This document shows positions 43,066-53,128 of a stretch of 64,000 bases of DNA, piece by piece; positions within the stretch are counted from its first letter, which is position 1, and the number at the start of each line of letters is the position of its first letter. The stretch is from Methanobacteriota archaeon (lineage in GTDB: Archaea > Halobacteriota > Bog-38 > Methanoflorentales > Methanoflorentaceae): assembly GCA_963719035.1 (NCBI GenBank), contig CAVRAO010000008.1:64001-128000 (forward strand). The letters run 5' to 3'. Made by a program: the position numbers and the translations under genes. The notes below the pieces were generated by a model, which did no database searches, was not told where the DNA came from, and was given only the letters and a program-made list of their open reading frames with translations.

Positions 43066-43167
43066 CAGCACAAGTTGTCGCGCTATATGGATCCCACGGC
43101 GAATGCTGCACTTCCTCAACCTGTGACCAAGGATAGAAGGTGACAAGTCTTGCATTTAAAAAATGAG

Positions 43168-43241
43168 TCGGCCGCACGATATGACGACGAGCACGCTTAA
43201 GAGCGCGCAAGAAAAACCAGTTCAAGCTTTTTCTCGTCCAT
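43168..43241 (-). pseudogene. Remnant 5' end (signal peptide) of a ModA-like lipoprotein gene
   Basis: With one frameshift it reads MDEKKLELVFL-ALLSVLVVISCG, versus the neighbouring ModA MNTKKFIPILLCALLSVL-VTTCGC; GAGGA SD. Confidence 0.5.
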
Positions 43242-43413
43242 AGCTGGTCCTCTTTATCATGGTCAGCACACCTAGAGGAAACGCCTTTCTCATGTGGCTG
43301 CAAGAGCTTCACAACGTTGAGCAGCAATGGTTCAACGTCGCTAAGCTGGTGAAATCAGCAACGGCTTTTTGTTCCGTTGCTTTAAGGATGGAATAAGAGT
43401 GATTATATAAAAG

Positions 43414-43437
43414 CGTTATTACTGCGCAGTAATAACG
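43414..43437. promoter_or_regulatory. ModE-type operator upstream of modA
   Basis: Perfect palindrome CGTTATTACTGCGCAGTAATAACG right after TATATAAAAG; matches the ModE consensus CGTTAT-N12-ATAACG. Confidence 0.8.
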
Positions 43438-43579
43438 TTTAAATATCTTAAGTATTATGTTTTCAGCCAAGTGGAAAGGCTCAGGCATAGTTTTTGCTGC
43501 TATGAACGCCGCTGGAACGATATGATGAGTGCTGTTTCCCAACCTATAGCTAATTCAAACGACAACGTAAGATGATACA

Positions 43580-44452
43580 ATGAATACGAAGAAGTTTATT
43601 CCCATCTTGCTTTGTGCATTGTTGAGCGTGCTCATGTTACCACATGTGGCTGCACGACTACGCAAAACACCCAAAGTACGAAGCTCACTGTTTTTGCAGC
43701 GGCATCACTAACTAGCGCATTTAACGAAACCGCTCAAGCCTTTCAAGCTAATAACTCGGGGGTCACTGTCGTATTTAATTATGCTGGTAGCAACGCTTTA
43801 GCAACCCAGATCAAACAAGGGGCGAATGCGGACGTTTTTGCGTCTGCCGATCAAAAGAACATGAAAACCGTTCAAGACGCAGGGTTAATGAACAACTCAA
43901 GCGTTAAGGTCTTCGCTCAGAACAAGCTAGCTCTCATCGTCCCAAAGGCAAACCCCGCAAAAATCACAAGTTTGAACGATCTAGCAAATTCCGGCATCAA
44001 ACTCGTTGTCGCTAACAGTTCCGTCCCTGTCGGGAATTATTCACTGCAGATGCTAAGTAAAGCGTCTAATAACTCTTCCTACGGGGCTGGCTTTAATACC
44101 AGCGTCTTAGCAAACGTCGTATCAGAGGAAACGAATGTCAACGATGTGGTGGTAAAAGTTGCATTAGGCCAAGGTGACGCAGGTATCGTCTATGTATCTG
44201 ACGTGCCAGCTGCCTATAAGGATAAGGTGACGGTTATCAAGATTCCAGACAGCGTTAACGTTATCGCTCAATACCCAATTGGGGTGCTCAGCAGCTCACA
44301 AAGTGCTCAACTGGCGCAGAGTTGGATCAACTACGTGACTTCTCCTGCAGGCCAGGCAATCTTGCAGAAGTACGGGTTTCATCATCCCAAAGGCGTCTCA
44401 GAATGCTACTGCCACAGCTGCTACCACAACAGCTGCCACTGCTGCGGCTTGA
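43580..44452 (+). CDS. modA: Molybdate-binding lipoprotein ModA (frameshifts near both ends)
   Basis: VFAAASL, AGS..LA.QI.QGA.ADVFASA, VPVGNY, DAGIVYVSD, ILQKYGF; repaired tail ASQNATATAATTTAATAAA. Confidence 0.9.
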
Positions 44453-44504
44453 TTTACAACAAGGGCTCTAAAAACCGTTACGTTAAACTAAAGCAGGCTT
44501 GATT

Positions 44505-44539
44505 GCACTCACCGTGATATCGGTGGGTGCTGTTTTTTT
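44505..44539 (+). terminator. Hairpin plus T run after modA
   Basis: gcactcaccg-tgatat-cggtgggtgc-tgttttttt. Confidence 0.6.
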
Positions 44540-44805
44540 AGCCGCAACTCGATCCATTAAGATTTATAAGCAACAAACTATTCGCCGATGACAAAACTGT
44601 GAGTTAAAGTAAAATCACTACACTATTCTTTTGTAATAGATAAGTGTCGTGGGACACTAAGAAAGTGCGAAACTCGAACAGATTCAAAAGGGCAGTTGAT
44701 CAATCTCTAAATTCTAACAAGATCCAAACCTATGAAATCCACGATCTCTAACGTATCTTTCGAAGCAGAAATGCTAAATCGACTCGACTTAAAAAAGCAG
44801 CTAAG

Positions 44806-45603
44806 TTGCTGATCGTGTTTTTATTTTTCGGTGTCGTCGTTACATATCTCGCGTTGCCCATCGTGGCGCTCTTTCTGAATGAGACTGCTTCTGGCTTTAT
44901 TAGCTCACTCTCAACAGAGATGGTCCAAGAAGCGATTAAGCTCAGCTTAGTCACCACGTCAATGACCTTGGCCGTTGTTATCATTTTTGGCACTCCGGTA
45001 GCATACTATAACGCCCGCCACAGGTACAGCAGGCAAGAGAATAATAGAGACGCTAATCGATCTCCCAATCGTGTTGCCCCCTTCCGTTGCAGGTATCGCG
45101 CTTTTGTTAACTTTTGGTCGTATGGGGTTGCTTGGTCAATATTTAACATCCTAGGAATCAACATCGCCTTTACTACAACCGCCGTTATACTTGCCCAAAT
45201 ATTTGTGTCGTCTCCTTTTTACTTAAGACAAGCAACCACGAGCTTCGAAGATGTGGACCTTGAATACGAAAGGGCCGCCCACACGCTCGGAGCATCAGGC
45301 ACCGCAACATTTTTCCGTGTGACAGCACCGATCGCACTTAACGGTCTTGTTTCCGGAGCACTTATGACGTGGGCGCGCGCTCTTGGAGAGTTCGGTGCAA
45401 CTCTCATATTTGCAGGCAATTTTCAGGGCGTGACCCAGACGATGCCTCTTGCGATATACACAGCACTTAACTCTGACCTAGACGCGGCAGTGCACATTGC
45501 CGTCATTCTCGTGCTGATCTGTTTTGCCGTAATAATCAGCGTAAAAGTGCTCACCTTGAGAGAGAAACACGTCGATAAAGAAGAAAAAACCATGCTCAAC
45601 TAA
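44806..45603 (+). CDS. modB: Molybdate ABC permease ModB (compensating internal frameshifts about 45030-45140)
   Basis: [18 protein letters not shown] in a shifted frame, [26 protein letters not shown]. Confidence 0.88.
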   Translation: MLIVFLFFGVVVTYLALPIVALFLNETASGFISSLSTEMVQEAIKLSLVTTSMTLAVVIIFGTPVAYYNARHRYSRQENNRDANRSPNRVAPFRCRYRAFVNFWSYGVAWSIFNILGINIAFTTTAVILAQIFVSSPFYLRQATTSFEDVDLEYERAAHTLGASGTATFFRVTAPIALNGLVSGALMTWARALGEFGATLIFAGNFQGVTQTMPLAIYTALNSDLDAAVHIAVILVLICFAVIISVKVLTLREKHVDKEEKTMLN

Positions 45604-45716
45604 GTCAACAGTTCATCTGACAGTCAGTGCGCTTACCCGGCCCGTAAATGCTATTGCGTACCGAGCCGGTTACTAGCAAAGCAGGCGAGTGCAATGTATT
45701 TAATCAAAATTAGTTG

Positions 45717-45740
45717 CATTATTACCAACGAGTAATAACG
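45717..45740. promoter_or_regulatory. ModE-type operator between modB and the aldehyde dehydrogenase gene
   Basis: CATTATTAC-N6-GTAATAACG; the reverse strand reads TATAAAAGCGTTATTACT, identical to the modA promoter. Confidence 0.7.
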
Positions 45741-46111
45741 CTTTTATACTTTGTGATAAATATATTTAGCAGGTGTAGGGTGTGAAGTAATCGTCCTACA
45801 CCTTCTCTCCCTAGCTTGAATCGACTTTTTATTTTTTTTGTCCTTAAATTGCTAAGCTTAATCTCGGATAGTATGACGTAAACTAGAACTTCTGCTTTAG
45901 AGCCCACTCAACACTTTAAATACAGGACTTAATATACGAACTTGATTCGCGCAATCTGCAGATCTAATTCAAAACAGCGCCCCAAATATGGCACTTTCTG
46001 CTGGTGCAATAAGAGCTGGCAAAGCCACTACTTAAAGGGTTAGCACGCTGGCAGAAGCGAAGGTAAGGAAGGCCAAACCTGCTAAACCACGTAAACCCGG
46101 AGAAAATACTT

Positions 46112-47553
46112 ATGAATTTAGAGAATATGCTTATTAATGGTGAGTGGGTTGATGCCGCTTCCCATAACTCATTCGCTGTTTACAACCCAGCAAATGGCGC
46201 TATGGTTGGCAAGGCGCCAGCTGGCTCAGCCGACGATGCTGTTTTAGCTATCAACGCAGCCGACGCCGCATTTAACGAATGGGCAGAGACACCCGCCGCG
46301 AAGCGTGCAGCAATCCTTCGCAGAGCAGGAGACTTGCTTCTCTCGCGCGAAGAACACATTTCGCAGCTCATCACTTTAGAGGCAGGGAAACTCTTACGCG
46401 CTTCGCGAAAAGAAGTCAGTGCTGCCGCCGAATTCATTTATTGGTACGCTGAGGAGGGACGGCGGTCTTACGGCGAATGGATCCCCGATCCGCTTCCAGA
46501 TAGACGCTTGCTAACGATCCGACAACCTGTAGGTGTCGTTGCAGTTATCACCCCTTGGAACTTTCCAGCGTATATGATAGCACGAACAGCTGCCGCGGCT
46601 TTAGCAGCAGGGTGTACGGTGATTGTTAAGCCGTCCAAACAAACCGCGCTCACTGGATTGGCAGTTGCACGTGCATTTGTTGACGCAGGTATCCCGCCTG
46701 GAGTCTTTAATCTCGTTACAGGAGATCCCAACGCGATTGGCAAAGCCTTTCTCGACGATGCCCGCATAAGGAAGATCTCATTTACGGGTTCTATCGAGAT
46801 TGGCAAACAATTGATGAGCGGCGCGGCAAAGAGCGTCAAACAAGTGACGTTGGAGCTCGGCGGCAACGCGCCTTTTATTGTAATGAGCGATGCTGATTGT
46901 GAGAAAGCGATCGAAGGCTTAATGTCCGCCAAATTCGGAAATGCTGGCCAAATGTGTATAGCGCCTAATCGGGTCTTTGTGCATTCAAGCCTACTTGACA
47001 CTTTTTTGGAGCGAGTGTCGCTTAAGGTCGCGCAGCTGAAAGTTGGCAGCGGCCTTGACCCTGGGACTGACGTAGGGCCACTTATCAATCGTTCTGCGGT
47101 CAAGAAGGTTGAAAGTCACGTCAATGACGCGATTGACAAAGGGGCGCGTGTTCTAGTTGGGGGTTATAGGCTTATTGAGGGGACGCTCGCGTCTGGTTCA
47201 TTCTACGCGCCAACGGTATTAGCTGACGTCACGTCAGATATGCGCATTGCTACAAGAGGAAACTTTTGGGCCTGTTGCGCCTGTAATTGCTTTCGAAGAT
47301 GATGATAAGGTAATCCAGCGCGCAAACAATACCCACTACGGATTAGCAGCTTACCTCTACACTCGTGATCTCAACAAGGCGATACAGATTGCAGAGAGAC
47401 TTGAGTTTGGGTTAATTGGGATAAATGATACGCGCATTGCGACCGTAGAAGGCCCATTCGGAGGCTTTAAACAAAGTGGAATCGGCCGAGAAGGAGGGCC
47501 ACGAAGGGTTGGCATCGTTTCTCGAGACAAAAGAAATTGTTTTTAGAGTCTAA
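46112..47553 (+). CDS. gabD: NAD(P)-dependent aldehyde dehydrogenase, succinate-semialdehyde type (two frameshifts)
   Basis: ITPWNFP, FTGS, LELGGNAP, NAGQMC, EETFGP, PFGGFKQSGIGREG. Confidence 0.85.
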
Positions 47554-47802
47554 GTTCACAATTTCGCCGCTCTTGCTATTTTAGCATAGCTTCTCTCCGC
47601 AAATAGCTGATCTCATTTCCTGTTATTGTAACAGTTAGATGGTTCAGCAGGAGGCTACTACTCGCGAAGGTTAAAAAAAGCAGGCACAACAACAGCTGAC
47701 AAATCGTCTGCTAACCGACAATAGCTCGATTAAGGCGCTTGAAGTAGTTTGGTATATTTTTGCTAGCCTGCTAATCAATGTTTAGCGGCTAGATAAGACC
47801 CT

Positions 47803-47832
47803 AAAAAAGTAACAGGGGGCAGACGACCCCCT
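47803..47832 (-). terminator. Hairpin terminator after fdhB1 (copy at 58074-58105, partial copy at 55191-55212)
   Basis: aggggg..ccccct stem next to an A run (T run on the minus strand). Confidence 0.6.
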
Positions 47833-48997
47833 ACATTTCCTAATCCGATGTCAGTTCAGCGAATCGGGCCAGGAGCTTAGCCGTGTCCTTGGTCGATTGG
47901 TGGAAGAACGTCGAGAGGGGGATCTCAACGGGACATGCATCCTCACACTGACCACAGTCCACGCAGTCGGCATCCATATGTGCCGCTCTCGTGTACTGCA
48001 GCTTCGGCGAGGGAGGGAGCCCTTCTTCAACCCAGCGCGGCTCACAGCTCTCGAGCTTGCAGTCATCGCACGTGCACACGGGACACGCCTTCCAGCAGCC
48101 GCCGCATTTTATGCATTTTGCGAACTGCTCGAGCCAGAACTCGTCGCGTTCCTCAGCGCTCTTAAAGTCGTGCGCCTGCCACTTGGCCCCAAGCTTAAGC
48201 ATCGCCTTTTCGATGTTCTCCCGGATCTCAAGCCCCTTCGGAATCGGATCCTTCGTCGTTATTGCGCCTGCCTTCACCGCGCCCTCGAGCACTTTCGCCC
48301 CTTTCTCAGAGCAGACCTCGACAAACGTGGCCTTGCCCGCGTCAGGACCGATGACTCCCCAGTTCCCGAACGCAAGGTCCATCGTTCTCGGGATCTTCTC
48401 CTCACACCGGCGGCAGTTCGCCCTTCGGCCGTACCCCTGCTCTTCGAGATCGTCGACCTTGACCTCCTTGTGCTCGTGATCCTTCGTCTCGATGATGAAG
48501 TTGCCCTTGGAAATCTCCTCCTTGATGACGTCCATCGGATCGGTGTCGTAGAACTTCCAGATCATCTCCTGGGCCTGCACCGGCGGGAAGGTCCCCCCGC
48601 AGTTGAGGCCGATGCGGACGAGGTTGTCGGCGTTCAAATCGCCTTGTCGTATCTGTACTCCCATGGCGAGCGAGTCACACCCGACGCCAACGACGGCGAG
48701 CTTCATGTCCTTAGCGCCGTTGAGGTACTTGTGAAGCACGTTTGACTGGATGATGGGGGCACAGTGCAGCGACCCGGAAAGCTCAGTGATCTTCGCCGGA
48801 TTAGAAATGAGCGTCGGCACGCCGTCATAGATGTCCGCACCGCGCTTCATTCCGAGCACGGCGTCGACGATTTTGTTCTCAAGCAGATACTTTAGCATCG
48901 CGGTAACGGCGCCGCCACACTCACCTTTCTCCTGAATCGCGCTGTCGGCCGCTTGCGCGTAAAACATATCTCCTACTTTTACCATGTTCTCCACCTC
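47809..48997. repeat. Near-identical direct repeat of fdhB, copy 1 (copy 2 at about 58082-59270)
   Basis: Offset 10273 bp; four substitutions counted by eye in the 1146-nt core; identical proteins. Confidence 0.95.
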
Positions 48998-49126
48998 TGC
49001 GGGCTTTACTGTTATTTGTGGTTGAGTTGCCTCCGATTTCTCATCTGAAGCTGGAAGGTTAGCCTTCTCCATTTCTGACATCTTTTCAATGTCAGATTTC
49101 TTCTCTCTCTTCCAAAAAGGGCTCAT
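47840..49126 (-). CDS. fdhB: F420-dependent formate dehydrogenase beta subunit (second in-frame start at 48985)
   Basis: [54 protein letters not shown]. Confidence 0.93.
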   Translation of the reverse strand: MSPFWKREKKSDIEKMSEMEKANLPASDEKSEATQPQITVKPAEVENMVKVGDMFYAQAADSAIQEKGECGGAVTAMLKYLLENKIVDAVLGMKRGADIYDGVPTLISNPAKITELSGSLHCAPIIQSNVLHKYLNGAKDMKLAVVGVGCDSLAMGVQIRQGDLNADNLVRIGLNCGGTFPPVQAQEMIWKFYDTDPMDVIKEEISKGNFIIETKDHEHKEVKVDDLEEQGYGRRANCRRCEEKIPRTMDLAFGNWGVIGPDAGKATFVEVCSEKGAKVLEGAVKAGAITTKDPIPKGLEIRENIEKAMLKLGAKWQAHDFKSAEERDEFWLEQFAKCIKCGGCWKACPVCTCDDCKLESCEPRWVEEGLPPSPKLQYTRAAHMDADCVDCGQCEDACPVEIPLSTFFHQSTKDTAKLLARFAELTSD

Positions 49127-49146
49127 AGATTTTTCTCCACCTCCCC

Positions 49147-51198
49147 CTAAGCGGCTTCAACAGCCGCCGCGCAAACCTTCAGCTCTGGCATCTTAGCAGC
49201 TGGATCGAGAGCAGTATTTGTCAGCATGTTCGCTGCTGCTTCTTTAAAGTGGAACGGCATAAAGAGTACCCCTTTTGGAACATCTTTTGTTATCTTGGCA
49301 AGTGTAGTAACCTCGCCGCGTCGCGTTCGCACCTTAACCGAGTCTCCCTTAGCTACGCCAAGTTCAGCTGCGTCTTCAGGGCTGATTTCAACATATCCCG
49401 TTGGGACTTCGTTGTTGAGCGTCGGCGACCGTCTCGTCATTGTTCCGGTGTGGTAGTGGAACAGTATACGGCCGGTAGTGAGGATGAACGGATAGTCACT
49501 GTCAGTTACTTCTGCAGGTGGCTTCCACTCCACTCCGACGAAGGTTCCCAGTCCATCTGGTGCTGTAAACTTCGCTGCGTGGAGTATCGGCGTTCCGGGA
49601 TGTTCTTCGGTCGGACAGGGCCAAGACAGTGCTTCTGGCTTATCCAGGCGAGCGTAGGTCATTCCCGCGTATTGCGGCGTACATTGCCTAACTTCTTCGA
49701 ATATCTGTTCGGCGCTCTCGTAGTTGAAACCAGGGATCCCTAACTTGTTCGCAAGGGCCATGGTGATTTCCCAGTCAGCCTTAGCTTCACCAGGTGGCTC
49801 AACTGCTTTTCTCACGCGTTGGACGCGTCTTTCGGTGCTTGTAAACGTGCCTTCTTTTTCAGCCCAACACGCGCCTGGTAGTACGACGTCTGCGAGTTCT
49901 GCGGTCTCAGTTAGGAAGATATCCTGAACTACTAGGAAATCGAGCTTCTTAAGACATTCAGCGACGTGGGTGATATCGGGGTCTGACAACATCGGGTTCT
50001 CTCCGACGATGTACATGTTCTTGACCTCGTCGCCAGCAGCTCCGAGTAACTCGGTGACAGTCAGACCGCCTGCAGCTGGCAAGTCTTTAACTCCCCAAAA
50101 CTCCTCCATCTTTTGGCGTGCTGCATCAACGGCCACGGACTGGTATCCAGTGTAAACGACAGGAAGCGCCCCCATGTCGCACGCTCCTTGTACGTTGTTC
50201 TGCCCTCTTAGCGGGTTAACGCCCGTGCCGGGCCTACCGATGTTGCCCGTTAGCATCGCAAGGTTCGAAGTCGAAAGCACGTTGTCAGTGCCTGTTATAT
50301 GCTGCGTGATACCCATTGAGTATATCAAAGCCGCAGCATCTGCGCTTGCATAATCCATGGCAATTTCCTTAACGAGCTCAGTAGGCACGTTTGTTATGTC
50401 TTGCGCATCTGCGTATTTTTTGACCACTTCTTTGAGCTCATCAAATCCCTTTGTGCGCCCAGCGATGAATTCTTTGTCCTCCTTTCCTGCGTCAAGGATC
50501 CAATACATCATCGAGTTCATAAGCGCGACATCAGTGCCGGGTTTAAATTGCACGTAGGTATCTGCGAGTTTTGCCGTCGTTGAGAGTCGTGGGTCAGCGA
50601 CGATGATCTTCGCGCCTTTCTCTTTCGCTATGATAACACTCCTGCCGATAAGCGGGTGCTGCTCCATGGTATTCGAACCAATGATGAATATGCAGTCGGC
50701 CTGTCTAATGTCGGCAATGGAATTTGTCATCGCACCGGAACCGAACGAGCGCGCGAGCCCAGATACTGTCGGCCCGTGGCATAGCCGTGCGCAGTGATCA
50801 AGATAGTTCGTGTGGAAGCCCGCTCTCGCCAGCTTATTCATTAAGTAGTTCTCTTCGTTCGTTATCCTCGCTGAAGCCAGGAACGCAACCGAATTAGGCC
50901 CATACGTGTCCTGCGTTGCCTTGAACTTTGAAGCAACCAAGGCAAGGGCTTCGTCCCACGTAGACTCGACGAACTTGCCATCTTTTTTGATAAGAGGCAC
51001 GGTGAGTCGATCTTCGCTGTGTACGAATTCAGCACACGCGTGTCCCTTCGGACAAAGTTTGCCTTCGCTTACAGGATGTCGTTTCCAAGTTTCAACACCT
51101 GCAATCTTTCCGTCTTGAACAACAAGGTTTAAACCACAACCGCAGCCGCAGTAGGGGCAAGTGGTTGGTACATAGTTGAAATTCATAGTCTCTCCCAT
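49147..51198 (-). CDS. fdhA: Formate dehydrogenase alpha subunit (Cys-type)
   Basis: [46 protein letters not shown]. Confidence 0.96.
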   Translation of the reverse strand: MGETMNFNYVPTTCPYCGCGCGLNLVVQDGKIAGVETWKRHPVSEGKLCPKGHACAEFVHSEDRLTVPLIKKDGKFVESTWDEALALVASKFKATQDTYGPNSVAFLASARITNEENYLMNKLARAGFHTNYLDHCARLCHGPTVSGLARSFGSGAMTNSIADIRQADCIFIIGSNTMEQHPLIGRSVIIAKEKGAKIIVADPRLSTTAKLADTYVQFKPGTDVALMNSMMYWILDAGKEDKEFIAGRTKGFDELKEVVKKYADAQDITNVPTELVKEIAMDYASADAAALIYSMGITQHITGTDNVLSTSNLAMLTGNIGRPGTGVNPLRGQNNVQGACDMGALPVVYTGYQSVAVDAARQKMEEFWGVKDLPAAGGLTVTELLGAAGDEVKNMYIVGENPMLSDPDITHVAECLKKLDFLVVQDIFLTETAELADVVLPGACWAEKEGTFTSTERRVQRVRKAVEPPGEAKADWEITMALANKLGIPGFNYESAEQIFEEVRQCTPQYAGMTYARLDKPEALSWPCPTEEHPGTPILHAAKFTAPDGLGTFVGVEWKPPAEVTDSDYPFILTTGRILFHYHTGTMTRRSPTLNNEVPTGYVEISPEDAAELGVAKGDSVKVRTRRGEVTTLAKITKDVPKGVLFMPFHFKEAAANMLTNTALDPAAKMPELKVCAAAVEAA

Positions 51199-51278
51199 CT
51201 CCTAGTCTTTTCAATTGAAATAGTCTATTTAGGAGATCTAACGCAACAGTGTATTATGCGAGGGTAGCTTAAATTGGA

Positions 51279-51310
51279 ATGTTATTCTAAGATCATAACG
51301 AATTTATAAT
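51279..51310. promoter_or_regulatory. TATA plus dyad operator upstream of fdhA1 (inverted copy at 61411-61442)
   Basis: ATGTTATTCTAAGATCATAACGAATTTATAAT; 30/32 identical to the reverse complement of 61411-61442. Confidence 0.75.
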
Positions 51311-51544
51311 TCAAAAAAAAGAGAGGACGGGCTTTAGCCGTCAAGGTAGCCAGATCTTAAAAAGCCTACTAGCTGAACGTGTTTAGTTAACTACTGCTTT
51401 GTCAGCGATGATCTCTTCGTGCTTGTCAGCAATGAAGGAACGAGTACCGTAGATCTCTGCTACGGAATTGCTTGCTAGGGTCTACTCCGAGACGTTGAAG
51501 TCGCGATCTTTCCTCCTGTTTCAGGCGGTTAAACCGGGCGACTG

Positions 51545-51880
51545 TCACTCACTAAGGTCAACGTACCATTTCGTGAGCTGGTTCAACGAACCTTCCATGC
51601 CACGGTAATCCGTTAGAAGCTCATAGCCGAACGCTGTCAGCTTGGCCCCTCCCCCATCTTTGCCGCCTCGCGTCCTGTCAACAAGTTGACGACTGAGTCG
51701 TTTTTCAACGATAGTTATGCGCTCTAGAGCGTAGCGATAAGACATCCTTAGCTCGCGCGCTGCAGCGCTTATGGAACCAAGTCTATCAATTTCAGCAAGA
51801 AGCCGCATCGTGCCAAGGCCAAAAACGTATTCCTCATCTTCACCGACAAACCAAAGCTTGAATCGCGGTCTAATTCTCAT
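51545..51880 (-). CDS. modE: ModE-family regulator, winged-helix domain only
   Basis: KLW....FG.G...LL..I...GSISAAARELRMSYR, RGGKDGGGAKLT; no TOBE domains. Confidence 0.88.
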   Translation of the reverse strand: MRIRPRFKLWFVGEDEEYVFGLGTMRLLAEIDRLGSISAAARELRMSYRYALERITIVEKRLSRQLVDRTRGGKDGGGAKLTAFGYELLTDYRGMEGSLNQLTKWYVDLSE

Positions 51881-51942
51881 ACTACATTCTAATTCTCATG
51901 CTAGTAACATATAATAGTCCATGTGCACACTTAACAATAACG

Positions 51943-53115
51943 ATGATATTCAAAACACGAACTCCGTTTGACGAGGCTTTAGATATATTCCTCAACGCCA
52001 TCGTGCCTATCGAAGACACGGAGGTATCACCGATACGAAAGGCCAGAGGGAGGGTGCTTGCCCACCAGATTATAGCGCAGCGAGACGAACCTAACTATCG
52101 GCGGGCAGCTATGGACGGTTATGCGGTCGTTGCCGACGATACGTTGGGAGCAAGTGAGCGTTCTCCAGTTGCTCTCAAAATTGGTGATGATGTGAGACGT
52201 GGCGTTGTCTCTCGAGTTCATACAGGCTCCAAAGTGCCGGACCACGCAGACGCCGTTGTGATGGTAGAAGACGTCGAACGTCTTGACGACGTCGCTGAGA
52301 TTAGAGCACAGGTGCATCCGTTCGAAAACGTTGGCCTCAAAGGCGAGGACGTGCATCGCGGTGAGCATATTTTTGCTGCCGGCCATCGCCTGCGGCCAGC
52401 GGACATCGGCCTGCTCGCTTCCCTCGAGGTCCCGGACGTGACCGTCTATAGGCAACCAAACGTCGCGATCATACCGACCGGAGAAGAACTCGTTGGAGAT
52501 AAGCCCGCAGAAGGGGAGGTAGTCGAAACAAACGGTCTTATGAACGCGCTTCTCGTTGAACAGTGGGGTGCACGCTCCCGCTACCGAAATATCGTTCCCG
52601 ACGTCCGTGAGCTTGTTGAAGCCGCGTTGTTGCGGGATACGGATGCCGACCTTATACTCACGACAGGCGGAACATCCGTTGGGATTCGGGACCTCGTTCC
52701 TGAGGCGGTGCAGAAGCTTGGGAAGGTTTTGGTACACGGCATCGCGATGAGTCCTGCAAAGCCCACGGCGCTCGGTTTTGTTGAGGATACGCCCATAGCC
52801 TGCCTTCCAGGGTTTCCGGTCGCATGTCTTGTCGCTTCATATGCGTTTGCAAAGCCGGCGATCAATCGACTCGCCCATGTCGAACGGGAATTCGAGCGGA
52901 CAGTGACCGGCACGCTGACTGGCAAGCTAACCGGTAAACCTGGTTCACGAACGTATGCACGCGTAGCAATCCGGAATGAGCGCGTTAAACCCATAATGGT
53001 GTCAGGATCGGGAATACTGAGCTCGATGGCTAAAGCGGACGGATTCGTCATCATTCCTGAAAACGTCGAAGGGTACGATGAGGGCCAACGGGTAGAAGTT
53101 GTTCTATTTGACTGA
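51943..53115 (+). CDS. moeA: Molybdopterin molybdotransferase MoeA1
   Basis: RAAMDGYAV, TG..VP..ADAVVMVED, PTGEEL, TTGGTS, LPGFPV. Confidence 0.93.
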   Translation: MIFKTRTPFDEALDIFLNAIVPIEDTEVSPIRKARGRVLAHQIIAQRDEPNYRRAAMDGYAVVADDTLGASERSPVALKIGDDVRRGVVSRVHTGSKVPDHADAVVMVEDVERLDDVAEIRAQVHPFENVGLKGEDVHRGEHIFAAGHRLRPADIGLLASLEVPDVTVYRQPNVAIIPTGEELVGDKPAEGEVVETNGLMNALLVEQWGARSRYRNIVPDVRELVEAALLRDTDADLILTTGGTSVGIRDLVPEAVQKLGKVLVHGIAMSPAKPTALGFVEDTPIACLPGFPVACLVASYAFAKPAINRLAHVEREFERTVTGTLTGKLTGKPGSRTYARVAIRNERVKPIMVSGSGILSSMAKADGFVIIPENVEGYDEGQRVEVVLFD

Positions 53116-53128
53116 CCATCGGGTGCTT

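Noticed and set aside
44380-44502. Cys/His-rich ModA tail (CYCHSCYHNSCHCCG) as a metal-binding domain
   Set aside because: It is the shifted-frame reading of GCT/ACT/GCC codons after a one-base indel; the repaired tail is Ala/Thr-rich and ends at 44452.
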